A stretch of 64,000 nucleotides of DNA, taken from contig JBBDTI010000075.1 of assembly GCA_040904565.1 (NCBI GenBank), positions 1 through 64,000 of the forward strand, read 5' to 3'. Below the pieces are notes generated by a model. It was not told the DNA's origin and searched no databases. It saw only the letters and a list, made by a program, of their open reading frames with translations. A program made the position numbers and the translations under genes. Positions 20,024-30,809 of the stretch are shown here, piece after piece; the stretch's first letter is position 1, and every line of letters begins with the position of its first letter. This stretch comes from Rhodothermales bacterium (GTDB taxonomy: Bacteria; Bacteroidota; Rhodothermia; Rhodothermales; VXPQ01).

Positions 20024-21172
20024 CTACAACTGAATGAGAGAGGAGGCCTTCTCGGCTCTACGGCGAACCTCCTTGCGGTCGTGTCCGGTGACCGTCACGT
20101 GGCCCATCTTTCGCTTCGAACGAACGTCAGGCTTCCCGTAGATGTGGACGCACGCACCGGGCACGGCGAGCGCCTCCTGAAGACCCGTAGCTCGGGCAGT
20201 GCCCTCGCGCTGCCCGAGTATGTTGACCATGACGGATACGGGGTCGCGTAGCTCCGGCATACCGAGCGGCATATCGAGCACGGCGCGGACGTGATTCTCG
20301 AACTGGGAAGTGTGACATCCTTCGATGGAATAATGGCCCGTGTTGTGGGGGCGCGGTGCGAGCTCGTTGATGAGGATGTCGCCCTCCTTCGTGAGAAAGA
20401 GTTCTACGGCCGTCAGGCCGACGCCCCCGACGCAGTCCGTCGCAGCGAGCGCCACGCGGCGCGCCTCGGCCGCCACGGAAGGATCGATGGATGCAGGTAC
20501 CTCGACGGCGTGACAGCGATGGTCTCGCTGCTCCGAATAGGCGACCGGATAGACCACGTGCTCGCCGCGGGGACGTCGGGCAACGAGAACGGAGAGCTCC
20601 ATCTCGAACGGAATGAATCGTTCTACCATGAGTCCGTCATCGGCAGCCAGGTCCTTCCATGCCGTGCGCAGATCGTCTTCGGAGCGGGCCGTCGCATTTC
20701 CGTATCCATCGTACGAACGCTGGTACTGCTTCACGACGACCGGATATCCGAAATCGGACGCCGCGGAAACCGCCTGATCCAGGTTGCTACAGCACACGAA
20801 ATCCGGCATCGGGAGGTCGTGATCGAGGAGGTGCGTCTTCTGGCGGCCTTTGTGTCGAATGATCCGCAGCGTCGCCGGGCTCGGCCATACGGGAACGCGC
20901 TCACCGAGAGCAGCCGCGGCGGCATCGGCCGGAGCCCACTCGCTTTCGACCGTAACGGCCGTGCAGGGTGCACCAAAAGCTTCGAGGACGCCGGCATCCG
21001 TCCAGTCGTCCACGAACGTCTCGCCGAGTCCCTGCATCGGTCCGGCGGGAGCCGGGGCAAGAAACCGTACGCCTATCCCCATCCGGATGGCTTCGAACGC
21101 CATCATGCGCCCGAGCTGTCCGCCACCTAGAATACCGAGAATGGGAAAAGGTGACTTTGTTGACGTTGACAT
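20024..21172 (-). CDS. purK: N5-carboxyaminoimidazole ribonucleotide synthase
   Basis: GGGQLGRM, YDGYG, NELAPRPHNTGH, SQFENH, RKMGHVT. Confidence 0.96.
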   Translation of the reverse strand: MSTSTKSPFPILGILGGGQLGRMMAFEAIRMGIGVRFLAPAPAGPMQGLGETFVDDWTDAGVLEAFGAPCTAVTVESEWAPADAAAAALGERVPVWPSPATLRIIRHKGRQKTHLLDHDLPMPDFVCCSNLDQAVSAASDFGYPVVVKQYQRSYDGYGNATARSEDDLRTAWKDLAADDGLMVERFIPFEMELSVLVARRPRGEHVVYPVAYSEQRDHRCHAVEVPASIDPSVAAEARRVALAATDCVGGVGLTAVELFLTKEGDILINELAPRPHNTGHYSIEGCHTSQFENHVRAVLDMPLGMPELRDPVSVMVNILGQREGTARATGLQEALAVPGACVHIYGKPDVRSKRKMGHVTVTGHDRKEVRRRAEKASSLIQL

Positions 21173-21177
21173 CTGAG

Positions 21178-23763
21178 CTAGTCTTGATTCGATTCTTTAC
21201 TTGCAGCGAGGAGATTCTCGAGCTCTTCGATGGAATCGACGAGCACGTCGCGGGCTTTCGAGCCCACGAAGGGACCCACGATGCCCGCCTCTTCGAGCTG
21301 ATCGACGATGCGAGCTGCCCGCGTATAGCCGACGGACATCTTCCTCTGGAGGAGCGAGACCGATCCCTGTTGTGCTCGGACGATGATGCGGGCGGCCTCC
21401 TCGAACAACTCATCCGTATCTTCTACACCGAGTATGTCGTCGGGTCCCTCGTGTTCGTCGGACGGAGGAAGAAGATACGGCCCCGGCCCTTTCTGGTCCG
21501 CGATGTATTCGACGATGCGATCGACTTCCTCGACACTGACGAAAGGCCCCTGCAGACGGACAATTCGGCTTCCGAGCATATAGAGCAAGTCGCCATTGCC
21601 AACCAGGCCTTCCGCTCCGTTCTGATCGAGAATAGTTCGAGAGTCCACCTTTGACGCCACCTGGAAGGCGATCCGGGCCGGAAAATTAGCCTTGATGAGT
21701 CCCGTGATCACGTCCACGGAGGGACGCTGCGTTGCCAGCACGAGGTGAATGCCGACGGCACGCGCCATCTGCGCCAGGCGTGCGATCGGTCCCTCTATGT
21801 CTTTCCCCGCCGTCATCATGAGGTCGGCAAGCTCATCTACGATCACGACGATATACGGTAGATGTTCGAAGCCTTTGTCAGCGTCGAGCCGACCGTCGGC
21901 GAGCTTTCGGTTGTACTCTTCTATCGAGCGGACGCTGGCTTCGGAGAGCAGGTCGTAGCGTTCCTCCATCTCCCGTTCGCAGCTCTTGAAGACGTCCAGG
22001 GCCTCCTCGAAATCGGTAATAATGGGATCCTTTCCATTTTCAGGCATCGCGACGTAATGGTCCGCGATCTGATTATACTGCTGCAGCTCGATCTTCTTGG
22101 GATCGATCATAACGAACTTGAGGTTTGCCGGATGGCATGCATACAGCAGTCCGGTGATCAGCGTGTTGAGTCCGACCGACTTCCCCGACCCAGTGGCACC
22201 GGCAATTAGCAGATGGGGCAGCTTCGCCAGATCGGCCATGAAAACCTCTCCTTCGATCGTCTTTCCGATCGGGATGGGAAGCTCCATCGTAGAATCCCTG
22301 AACCTGGCCGTCCCGATGACGTCCCGAATCTGCACGAGTTCGCGATGACGGTTCGGTATCTCGACACCGACGGCCGACTTTCCGGGAATGGGCGCGATGA
22401 TGCGGATGCCCTTGGCGGCCATCGCCATGGCGAGATCATCCTCCAGTGAGGTGATCCGGCTGATCTTGACGCCAGGTGCCGGCGTCAACTCGTAGAGAGT
22501 GACCGTAGGCCCGACGATCGCGTTGATGCCCGTAATCTCGACGTTGTACGTGTCGAGCTTATCCAGCAGGATCCGTTTGTTTTCCTCCAGCTCCTCATAG
22601 TCGACCGGCACGGTACTGATGTCCCGTTCGTCCAGCAGGTCGACGGACGGAAAGCGGTAGCGAGCGGCAAGTTTCTCATCGGGTATATCGGTATCTCGTT
22701 CGACGGAGTCGGCCCGTTCCTCTTCGATGCGTTCCTGAACGTGCAGCTCCGGCTCGTTCGACGTGGGAGGGCGGGAGGGACTTTCGTCATCCTGAGATGG
22801 AGATACCCGATTGCCTGGGGATGATAGATCCGTACGCGCCGACGCCGGCCGTTCATCGGCACGATACAGGTCGTTGACCGTGCGGGAAGGCGTGGAGTCG
22901 GGGGAGGGACGCGGCGAACTGGACGAGGATATCCCTCCATCGCGTGCCAATTGACTTGCGCGCCCACGGGGATCCCCGGCGTCGCCGGCGGAGGATGTGG
23001 CATCCCCGCCTGTGGCGGATGGCTTCTCATCGGGCTCGGATGCTCGTTCGGTTCGGCGTTCCTCGGCGCGACGAACCCGCTCGCGACGGCCTTCCCGATA
23101 CTGTTCCACACGCACAGAAATCCATTGCGCGACGTAGGATTTTACGGCCGCGGTCCACTGCCCGAAACGGTCGATCGATCGCTGGATGTCGTGATCGACG
23201 AGCAGGAGGATCGTCACGGAGAGGGCAAGCAGGAGCAGGATGACCGATCCCGCCGTGCCGAAGATCTGGCGGAGCCAGCCCGCGGCGCCGAGACCGATTT
23301 CGCCGCTCCATAGCGATAGTTCGGCACCGGAAACGAGATGGAGCCAGCCGAACAGACAGGCGATGCTGAACGTGCCCGTGACGGTCAGGACGCTTACGAG
23401 GGGAAGGTAAAGGGCCTCGCGTCGTCTGAAAAAGAGATAGCCCCAGGCGAAGACGAGCCCAGTGAGGATGATTACAGAGTACCCGAGAAAATCGCGGACG
23501 AGGACGATCGCGATGACGGCACCGACGAGTCCGAGTGCATTCGCTGCTCGGTTTTCACCTGGATCGAATGCGTCGGAGAGGCTGAACGTCCGCGCGATGG
23601 CGTCATCTTGGGCACTGTACGTGAAGAGTGCCAGGCCGACGAGCACGGCCAGGACCATGAGTATGAGTCCGAGGACTTCGCGTTTTCTACCCTGGGGTAC
23701 GAAAGATCCTCCGCCCTTTGCCTGTGAGCGCCGCTTGCGCTTCTTAACTGTGGATGAAGCCAT
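21178..23763 (-). CDS. ftsK: DNA translocase FtsK
   Basis: N-terminal TM domain, PHLLIAGATGSGKSV, DELADLM, ATQRPSVDV, gamma domain GYTRAARIVDQLE. Confidence 0.97.
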   Translation of the reverse strand: MASSTVKKRKRRSQAKGGGSFVPQGRKREVLGLILMVLAVLVGLALFTYSAQDDAIARTFSLSDAFDPGENRAANALGLVGAVIAIVLVRDFLGYSVIILTGLVFAWGYLFFRRREALYLPLVSVLTVTGTFSIACLFGWLHLVSGAELSLWSGEIGLGAAGWLRQIFGTAGSVILLLLALSVTILLLVDHDIQRSIDRFGQWTAAVKSYVAQWISVRVEQYREGRRERVRRAEERRTERASEPDEKPSATGGDATSSAGDAGDPRGRASQLARDGGISSSSSPRPSPDSTPSRTVNDLYRADERPASARTDLSSPGNRVSPSQDDESPSRPPTSNEPELHVQERIEEERADSVERDTDIPDEKLAARYRFPSVDLLDERDISTVPVDYEELEENKRILLDKLDTYNVEITGINAIVGPTVTLYELTPAPGVKISRITSLEDDLAMAMAAKGIRIIAPIPGKSAVGVEIPNRHRELVQIRDVIGTARFRDSTMELPIPIGKTIEGEVFMADLAKLPHLLIAGATGSGKSVGLNTLITGLLYACHPANLKFVMIDPKKIELQQYNQIADHYVAMPENGKDPIITDFEEALDVFKSCEREMEERYDLLSEASVRSIEEYNRKLADGRLDADKGFEHLPYIVVIVDELADLMMTAGKDIEGPIARLAQMARAVGIHLVLATQRPSVDVITGLIKANFPARIAFQVASKVDSRTILDQNGAEGLVGNGDLLYMLGSRIVRLQGPFVSVEEVDRIVEYIADQKGPGPYLLPPSDEHEGPDDILGVEDTDELFEEAARIIVRAQQGSVSLLQRKMSVGYTRAARIVDQLEEAGIVGPFVGSKARDVLVDSIEELENLLAASKESNQD

Positions 23764-23988
23764 AGTGTATGCGCGATTCCGTCGTTGGCTGAAACCCGGA
23801 CATCCCGATCACTCGACGGCTGAGGGGTGGGTACCGTCGTCGATCGAATGACTCGTATCGGCAGCCTGAGAGAGGCAGCGGCCGCGCTATGTGGAATGTA
23901 CCTGTGGAGAATGCCGGTCGAATAGCGCCGGGATGATACCGACTAGCAGGTAGAATCACTTCAACGCCTCGTCCGCTGGCGAGGTGCG

Positions 23989-24735
23989 TCAAGAATCCGT
24001 CTCTACGCGTTCGTCGTCGTACAATATAAGCCGGCTATCCTGATAATAAGGAAGTACGGGCAAAGCATCGAACTGGAGGCAGTAATCTACGTCACGCTCG
24101 TGACCCTGCGAGGCGAGCCATTGGGCGTGATTGCACTGGCGGAGTGCGTGTCGAACGTTGTCGCGATCGTGATCGTACTGCGTAAAGGCGATGTGAGCCG
24201 TATCGGAGACCGAGTCGGGCTCTCGCCCTCCCCAGAGCCGATACAGCATGAGTCCGGCACACAGCGTGTCTTCCAGCGAAACCCGATTGCGCCATCCCGC
24301 ACAGATGATGGTCAGGTCGTTGCCGGCCTTCCGGATGAAATCCACGACGCGATCGGCGTTCAGGAAGGATCCGATAAGCAGGTGATCGGCCGAACGAGCC
24401 TGGTCTATGGCAACGGTCCCGTTCGTGGTATTGAAGATGACGGTGCGGCCGTCGACTTTCTTCGCCGTGTACTCCAGCGGCGAATTGCCGAGGTGATAGC
24501 CTTCGATCTTGACGCCGTCGCGCTCGCCGCCCAGCAGATAGCTCTGCTGGTCCAGGTTCGAGGCGATCTTGCCGGCCTGGGCCATATCGGCCACCGGGAC
24601 GATGGACCGTGCTCCGTTATTCAGGGCGGTCGCAATCGTCGAACATGCCCGAAGCACGTCAATGACGACGACCGTTCGATCTTTAACGTCTTCTTCTGAG
24701 ACAATCGAACTTGTAAGAAATACCTCTATCTTCAT
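23989..24735 (-). CDS. comB: 2-phosphosulfolactate phosphatase family protein
   Basis: VVIDVLRACSTI, GGERDG...GNSP, TTNGT, SLEDTLCAG. Confidence 0.9.
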   Translation of the reverse strand: MKIEVFLTSSIVSEEDVKDRTVVVIDVLRACSTIATALNNGARSIVPVADMAQAGKIASNLDQQSYLLGGERDGVKIEGYHLGNSPLEYTAKKVDGRTVIFNTTNGTVAIDQARSADHLLIGSFLNADRVVDFIRKAGNDLTIICAGWRNRVSLEDTLCAGLMLYRLWGGREPDSVSDTAHIAFTQYDHDRDNVRHALRQCNHAQWLASQGHERDVDYCLQFDALPVLPYYQDSRLILYDDERVETDS

Positions 24736-24836
24736 GCGCTCGGTGGTGGACTGAAAGCGGTCGGCGAGCTAAATGCGTGGACGGGCAATCTGTTTCAATG
24801 GAGATCGTGAATCTCCGTTGGATGGACGTACGCTTG

Positions 24837-25937
24837 TCAGGAATCGTGCAGCGGTGGTTTGCGTACTTCCGCGCGGACGTCGCGCCCGCGAGCGGATACC
24901 AGCAGCTCAGATCCCGGGCGGGTGAAGTCCGGTGAATTGTGGACGTATCCGAGTCCGACGCCCTGCTGGAGAACGGGCGACTGCGTTCCGCTCGTCACCG
25001 ATCCGATCTCGGTCCCCTCTGGTGACAGGATGGCGTAACCGGTGCGCGGGATACCGCGTTCCTGGAGAACGAACGCGACCAGCTTGCGGTCGAGTCCTTC
25101 TTCTCGAGCGCGTTGTAGAGCGGACCGGCCTATAAAATCGTCCTTCTCTAATTTCGTCAGCCAGCTCAGTCCCGCTTCGAGGGGATTCGTCTCTTCGCTG
25201 ATATCGTTGCCGTAGAGGCAGTATCCGGCCTCTATGCGCAGCGTGTCGCGAGCTCCGAGTCCGGCCGGCTGCAGTCCCTCGCCGGCACCCGCCTCCATGA
25301 GCGCATTCCAGACGTCGATCGCCACGTCCGAATCGCAATAGATCTCGACGCCGATCTCTCCAGTGTAGCCCGTCCGCGAAACGAGAGCGAACGTTGAGCG
25401 ATGAAGCGGTCCCGAATGCACGGTCCGGAAATGATAGTACTTCAGGTCGTCCAGTTTCGTGTCGAGTGCGTGCTCGGCGATGGCGATGGATCGGGGGCCC
25501 TGAACGGCGATGAGCGCGATATCGTCGGAGATGTCGTTAATCTGAGCCTTTTCGGCGTTATGCTGCGTCATCCACTCAAGATCCTTCGATGTATTGGCGG
25601 CATTGACGACGAACATATATCTGTCCTTTTCCAGCCGATAGACGAGCAGGTCATCGACGATCCCACCGTCGTGACGGCACATGACGGTATACATGGCCCG
25701 TCCGTCGTCGAGATCTTCGACATCCCCGGTGACGAGGTGTTGAGCGAACGCAGCCGCGTGGGGACCGCTAACCAGGATCTCACCCATGTGGCTCACGTCG
25801 AAGAGGCCGGCCCGGCGGCGAACGGCCAGATGCTCCTCCATAATTCCGGCGTACTGTACGGGCATCTCGAATCCCGCGAAAGGACTCATCCGAGCGCCCA
25901 GGTCGATGTGGACCCGATGGAGCGGCGTTCTCTTCAT
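24837..25937 (-). CDS. gcvT: Glycine cleavage system aminomethyltransferase T
   Basis: KRTPL, FAGFEMPVQY, FDVSHMGE, RTGYTGE, GLGARDTLRIEAG. Confidence 0.97.
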   Translation of the reverse strand: MKRTPLHRVHIDLGARMSPFAGFEMPVQYAGIMEEHLAVRRRAGLFDVSHMGEILVSGPHAAAFAQHLVTGDVEDLDDGRAMYTVMCRHDGGIVDDLLVYRLEKDRYMFVVNAANTSKDLEWMTQHNAEKAQINDISDDIALIAVQGPRSIAIAEHALDTKLDDLKYYHFRTVHSGPLHRSTFALVSRTGYTGEIGVEIYCDSDVAIDVWNALMEAGAGEGLQPAGLGARDTLRIEAGYCLYGNDISEETNPLEAGLSWLTKLEKDDFIGRSALQRAREEGLDRKLVAFVLQERGIPRTGYAILSPEGTEIGSVTSGTQSPVLQQGVGLGYVHNSPDFTRPGSELLVSARGRDVRAEVRKPPLHDS

Positions 25938-25985
25938 ATCGGTTTTCGTTACGGTCGCGTGGGGGGGGCCGTGAGGCGCAGACGC

Positions 25986-27089
25986 CTAGAGGCGATAGGC
26001 CGTATAGCCTTCTTCGGTGAGCGATGTCGCCGCGGCGTCAGCGGTGTATTCGTCCGAAAAACCTATCCGGAAGGCGCCGCCCGTGCCTTCCCGGATCTTC
26101 AAGAGCTCGATATCCTTAATGTTCAGGTTCGCTTCATGAAGAATGCGGGTGATGGATAGCAGTTCGCCAGGGCGATCTTCCGCATACACGTAGACGTCCG
26201 ACAGCGGGTGGAGAAAGCCTTTCGTATCTCTCGGTATGGACTCACGAGCCGATCGAGCGATTTCGAACATGGATGCGATCGATTCGATCTCGTTTGCTGC
26301 CATGCGGTGACGGACGGACTGGAGGCGCGTCGCGAAGGCCGAGAGCACGTCGAGTATGGGACCGTTGTTGGCCAGAAGAATGTCTCGCCAGACGTCGAAC
26401 GGCGAGGACGCGATGCGCGTCAGATCTCTGAATCCTCCCGCGGCGAGTTTCAGGCAGGCCTCGTCGGTCTCGTTCTCCTGGCGTGCCTGATTCATCAGCA
26501 TTACCGCAAGGAGCTGCGGCAGGTGGCTGACTACGGCGGCGATTCGGTCGTGGCGTTTCGGGTCCAGGAGAATGATACGCGCTCCGGTTACGCGAACGAG
26601 ATCTAGAAATGCATTGTGGCTGGATTCGAAGGCTTCGGCGGTAGCCTCGTCGGGCGGACATAGCACGTACGTTGCGTTTTCGAACAGCAGGGTGTCTGCA
26701 TAGTCGATCCCCCGCCGTTCCGAGCCCGCCATGGGGTGGCCGCCCACAAATGTCGAATGGGAGGGCAGCACGGCGTGGGCACGCTCCGTTATGGGCTGCT
26801 TGACGGAGCCGACGTCCGACACGACGGCTCCGTGCTTCAGGTGGGGCGCGATATCTTCCAGCAGACCGACGATCGTGCGGATCGGCGTGGCGAGCACGAC
26901 GACATCCGCGTCCACGACGGCGTGTTTCAGCGAGGCAGCGCCGCGATCGATTGCGCCTCGCTCTATGGCCCGATCCAGAACGGAAGGATCGTCGAAACCG
27001 ATGACTTCGACGTCATCCAGTCGATTTCTCCAGACGAGACCGAGCGATCCTCCAATGAGACCGACGCCGATGATTCCAATCCTGCGCAT
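25986..27089 (-). CDS. tyrA: Prephenate/arogenate dehydrogenase with C-terminal ACT domain
   Basis: GVGLIGGS, DVGSVK, GGHPMAGSE, SHLPQL, GFRDLTRIA, ACT motif EDRPGEL. Confidence 0.93.
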   Translation of the reverse strand: MRRIGIIGVGLIGGSLGLVWRNRLDDVEVIGFDDPSVLDRAIERGAIDRGAASLKHAVVDADVVVLATPIRTIVGLLEDIAPHLKHGAVVSDVGSVKQPITERAHAVLPSHSTFVGGHPMAGSERRGIDYADTLLFENATYVLCPPDEATAEAFESSHNAFLDLVRVTGARIILLDPKRHDRIAAVVSHLPQLLAVMLMNQARQENETDEACLKLAAGGFRDLTRIASSPFDVWRDILLANNGPILDVLSAFATRLQSVRHRMAANEIESIASMFEIARSARESIPRDTKGFLHPLSDVYVYAEDRPGELLSITRILHEANLNIKDIELLKIREGTGGAFRIGFSDEYTADAAATSLTEEGYTAYRL

Positions 27090-27231
27090 GTATCAGCTGA
27101 GCATCTTGTTGTCCAGTTCGACGGCCGCAAACTAACAGCGGCGTCCGACTAGAACCATCGAAGTTGGAATGGAGACGGCGCCAGGCGTTACGGTGCGGCA
27201 ACTAGTTTCACGTTCGGATGATTCCAGGTAC

Positions 27232-27268
27232 AAAAGAGCCCCGCAGGCAGTAAGGCCATGCGGGGCTC
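27232..27268 (-). terminator. Intrinsic terminator after clpC
   Basis: Minus strand GAGCCCCGCA...TGCGGGGCTC-TTTT. Confidence 0.85.
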
Positions 27269-27299
27269 GAGTCGTGAGGTCCGGACGTAGGTGGTACGC

Positions 27300-29930
27300 C
27301 TATTCCTTTGCCGCCTCCTTTTCCTCTTCCGATTCTTCGTCGGTTTCATCCGTTGCGGGCGGATCTTTCGCTTCGGGGGCGGTTGCGTCTTCCGTGTCCT
27401 CTTCCGAATCCTTCTTTTCCTGCTTCGGCTTCGCTTTTGGCTTCTTGGCCTTCTTCACCTTAAACGTAAGTTCGTTCTCGGTCTCCGATTCCTCCCGAGA
27501 GATAACGATGGTGTCGCCGTCTCCAAGGTCTTCGGAAAGAATCTGCTCGGCCATAGGATCCTCCACGTACTTCTGGATCGAGCGGCGCAGGGGTCGCGCA
27601 CCGAACTTGGCGTCGAAGCCCTTGTCGACGAGGAAGCCCTTCGCCTCTTTCGTCAGCTCGACGTCGATACCGAGATCCTTGGCTCTCTTCAACAGCTCGT
27701 CGGCCATAATGTCGATGATCTGGAAGATGTGCTTCTTCTCGAGCGCATGGAAGACGATAACGTCGTCTATTCGATTGAGGAATTCCGGATTGAAGACCCG
27801 CTTGAGCGCGTCTTCGACGGTGCTCTTCATCGTCGAATAGTTGAATATCTCGTCGGACTGAGAGAAGCCCAAGCCCTTTCCGAGATTCTTGATATCCCGG
27901 GCGCCGATATTCGACGTCATGATGATGATCGTATTCCGGAAGTCCACCCGCCGGCCCAGGCCGTCGGTGAGGATGCCGTCGTCGAGCACCTGCAGGAGAA
28001 TATTGAACACGTCCTGATGTGCCTTCTCGATTTCGTCGAGGAGCACGACGGAGTAGGGCTTGCGCCGCACCTTTTCGGTGAGCTGCCCGCCCTCTTCATA
28101 TCCGACGTAGCCCGGAGGTGCACCCACCAGGCGGCTTACGGAGAATTTCTCCATGTACTCGGACATGTCGATGCGAATCAGCGCATCCTGTGAGTCGAAG
28201 AGGTATTCCGTAAGCATCTTCGCCAATTCCGTCTTTCCGACGCCTGTCGGTCCGAGGAAGATAAACGAACCGATCGGCCGTTTCGGGTCCTTCAGTCCGG
28301 CACGCGTACGACGAATGGCTCGAGAGAGCTTCTGAATGGCCTCGTCCTGACCGATAACGCGCTTCTTAAGTGCCTTCTCCATCTCGAGCAGCTTTTTCTG
28401 CTCGGGTTGAGAGATCTTGTCGACGGGAATACCCGTCATCATCGCGACGACCTGGGAGATGTTCTCCTGGGTTACGTCGTGCACTTCCGTCTCGGCCTTA
28501 CGCTCCCATTCCTCCTTGGCCTCTTCCAGTTCTTCCTGAACCTTCTTTTCCTTGTCGCGCAACCTGGCAGCTTCTTCGAAGCGCTGGCTTTTTACGACTT
28601 GATTTTTCTCCTCGCGAATCTCCTCAATCTTCTCTTCAAGATCCACGATGTTCTGAGGAACCCGAATATTGGCGAGGTGCACGCGGGCGCCGGCCTCATC
28701 CATCACGTCGATGGCCTTGTCGGGGAGAAACCGATCCGTAATGTATCGGTCACTCAGAGCGACGGCGAGCTTGATGGACTCGTCGGAGAAGCGAACGTTG
28801 TGATGGGCCTCGTAGTGTTCCTTGATATTGAGGAGTATTTCGATCGTCTCTTCCGGCGTGGAGGGGTCCACGATGATCTTCTGGAAACGACGATCCAGGG
28901 CACCATCCTTCTCGATGTACTGGCGATATTCATCGAGCGTCGTCGCCCCGATGCACTGAATCTCGCCCCGTGCGAGAGCGGGTTTGAACATATTCGATGC
29001 ATCCAGACTGCCCGACGCACCGCCCGCTCCGACGATCGTGTGAAGCTCGTCGATGAAGAGGATGACGTCCGGGCTCTTCTCGAGCTCGTTCATCACGGCC
29101 TTCATGCGCTCCTCGAACTGGCCGCGATACTTCGTACCGGCCACGAGGGCGGCGAGATCTAGGGTGACGATCCTCTTGTCGTACAGCACGCGGCTCACCT
29201 TGCGCTGGACGATCCGCATCGCCAGCCCTTCGGCGATGGCCGTCTTTCCAACGCCGGGCTCGCCGATGAGCACGGGATTGTTCTTCTTGCGACGACTGAG
29301 AATCTGAGCGACGCGCTCGATTTCTCGTTCGCGACCCACAATGGGATCCAGTTTGTTTTCTTCGGCGAGCTTGGTCAAGTCCCGCCCGAAATTGTCGAGT
29401 ACCGGAGTCTTGCTCTTTTCCATCTTACTTCGCTCTTTTCCGTATCCCGAAGACGAGCGTCCACCCGAGCCGCCACTCTTTGATGACGCTTTACCGCTTA
29501 TAATGGAGTCAAGCTCTGCGCGAACAGCGTCGTAGGTAACTGAGAACCCCTGTTGCAAAATCTGGGCCGCGATATTTTCATCATCACGGAGCAGGCTTAG
29601 CAGCAAGTGTTCGGTTCCAATGACGTCGCTCTTGTAGAGCTTGGCTTCCAGGTATGTAATCTTGAGGACCTTCTCCGCCTGCTTGGTCAGTGGGATATTT
29701 CCTACCGTAAGTGTCCCACCTGTGCTACGGACCGTGTCCTCAATAGCCTTCTTCAGTTTAAAGAGGTCACATCCAAGATTGCGTAGAATCTTGACGGCGA
29801 TGCCCTCACCTTCACGAATGATTCCGAGTAGTAGATGCTCGGTCCCGATGTAATCGTGGCCCAGCCGGATAGCTTCCTCACGGCTGTAGCTGATAACGTC
29901 CCGGACGCGATTGGAAAAATTGCCTTCCAT
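27300..29930 (-). CDS. clpC: ATP-dependent Clp protease ATP-binding subunit ClpC
   Basis: Start MEGNFSNRV. Two Clp_N repeats (IGTEHLLL), [11 protein letters not shown] coiled coil (FEEAARLRD), GPTGVGKT, ClpP-binding LGF loop. Confidence 0.96.
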   Translation of the reverse strand: MEGNFSNRVRDVISYSREEAIRLGHDYIGTEHLLLGIIREGEGIAVKILRNLGCDLFKLKKAIEDTVRSTGGTLTVGNIPLTKQAEKVLKITYLEAKLYKSDVIGTEHLLLSLLRDDENIAAQILQQGFSVTYDAVRAELDSIISGKASSKSGGSGGRSSSGYGKERSKMEKSKTPVLDNFGRDLTKLAEENKLDPIVGREREIERVAQILSRRKKNNPVLIGEPGVGKTAIAEGLAMRIVQRKVSRVLYDKRIVTLDLAALVAGTKYRGQFEERMKAVMNELEKSPDVILFIDELHTIVGAGGASGSLDASNMFKPALARGEIQCIGATTLDEYRQYIEKDGALDRRFQKIIVDPSTPEETIEILLNIKEHYEAHHNVRFSDESIKLAVALSDRYITDRFLPDKAIDVMDEAGARVHLANIRVPQNIVDLEEKIEEIREEKNQVVKSQRFEEAARLRDKEKKVQEELEEAKEEWERKAETEVHDVTQENISQVVAMMTGIPVDKISQPEQKKLLEMEKALKKRVIGQDEAIQKLSRAIRRTRAGLKDPKRPIGSFIFLGPTGVGKTELAKMLTEYLFDSQDALIRIDMSEYMEKFSVSRLVGAPPGYVGYEEGGQLTEKVRRKPYSVVLLDEIEKAHQDVFNILLQVLDDGILTDGLGRRVDFRNTIIIMTSNIGARDIKNLGKGLGFSQSDEIFNYSTMKSTVEDALKRVFNPEFLNRIDDVIVFHALEKKHIFQIIDIMADELLKRAKDLGIDVELTKEAKGFLVDKGFDAKFGARPLRRSIQKYVEDPMAEQILSEDLGDGDTIVISREESETENELTFKVKKAKKPKAKPKQEKKDSEEDTEDATAPEAKDPPATDETDEESEEEKEAAKE

Positions 29931-30251
29931 ATGATCTAGGTTACTACGTCTATGCCGTCCGGGCCGGCTCTTCCGCACCGGCTGGTGTCTGGCGTGTCAG
30001 TTGCGATGACGACCTGTCACGAAACAGCCGCCCGACCACAAAGACTTGTGGGCTAAATGCTCGTCCTGCAAATTGTAGGCCAAGGTTCATGTTGAAGAAG
30101 CGTTCGGGGCAAGCGCGACCCATCTGAAACAAAACAGGCGCGAGTTCTCGTGAGTGACGCGCGCCTGGTATCTCGATTGCGTTGAGGGGAATGCCCCGTT
30201 TACTCAGTACCACTACATTTCATTTAACGAAGCGGCCATTGTGCGGTTCGG

Positions 30252-30608
30252 TTAAGCGGCAAAGCTCGAGCCGCACCCGCACGTTTTCGTAGCGTTTGGA
30301 TTTTCAAATGTGAATCCGCGCGCGTTGAGTCCATCATGGTAGTCGACGGTCGTACCCATGAGGTAGAGACCGTGACGCTTATCCATATAGACGGTGATGC
30401 CGTCTATCTCGAAGCTGGTGTCCTGCTCTCGCCTCTTATCGAAGCCAAGAATGTAGCTCATGCCTGAACAACCGCCGCCACGCACTCCGACCCGTAGGCT
30501 GAATCCTTCGGGAATGTCCTTGGTGGACATGATCTTCTTGATTTCCTTCGCGGCGCGCTCACTCAAACCGATGGGCGCACTCCTGGTCTTGGTCGCCGTA
30601 TCAGACAT
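30252..30608 (-). CDS. iscA: A-type iron-sulfur cluster assembly accessory protein (HesB/IscA family)
   Basis: GGGCSGMSY and C-terminal CGCGSSF. Confidence 0.93.
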   Translation of the reverse strand: MSDTATKTRSAPIGLSERAAKEIKKIMSTKDIPEGFSLRVGVRGGGCSGMSYILGFDKRREQDTSFEIDGITVYMDKRHGLYLMGTTVDYHDGLNARGFTFENPNATKTCGCGSSFAA

Positions 30609-30683
30609 ATTTCGGTATATCTAGTTGTCGCGATCGAAACCGTGCACGACCGCGGGATTCTAGTTTGTTCGTCCACATGTTGC

Positions 30684-30708
30684 AACGATAGGTCCTATAG
30701 CCGGTTCC
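30684..30708 (-). promoter_or_regulatory. Possible ECF sigma promoter upstream of iscA
   Basis: Minus strand GGAAC-N16-CGTT. Confidence 0.35.
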
Positions 30709-30809
30709 GTTCGTGTAAGGAGGGGATCGGCAGGTGCCATGCCTGCAAATCTGGCAAAAACTGCCGGAAAAATCGATGGGTTTTCGGGGTGGATGTGGCG
30801 GTGGCGTGC

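Noticed and set aside
25938-25985. Glycine riboswitch upstream of gcvT, and TPP riboswitch upstream of thiE (60667-60716)
   Set aside because: Both gaps are about 50 bp, too short, and contain no aptamer motifs.
29931-30251. CIRCE or CtsR heat-shock operator, or an sRNA, upstream of clpC
   Set aside because: No TTAGCACTC-N9-GAGTGCTAA, no GGTCAAA direct repeat and no convincing structure seen.
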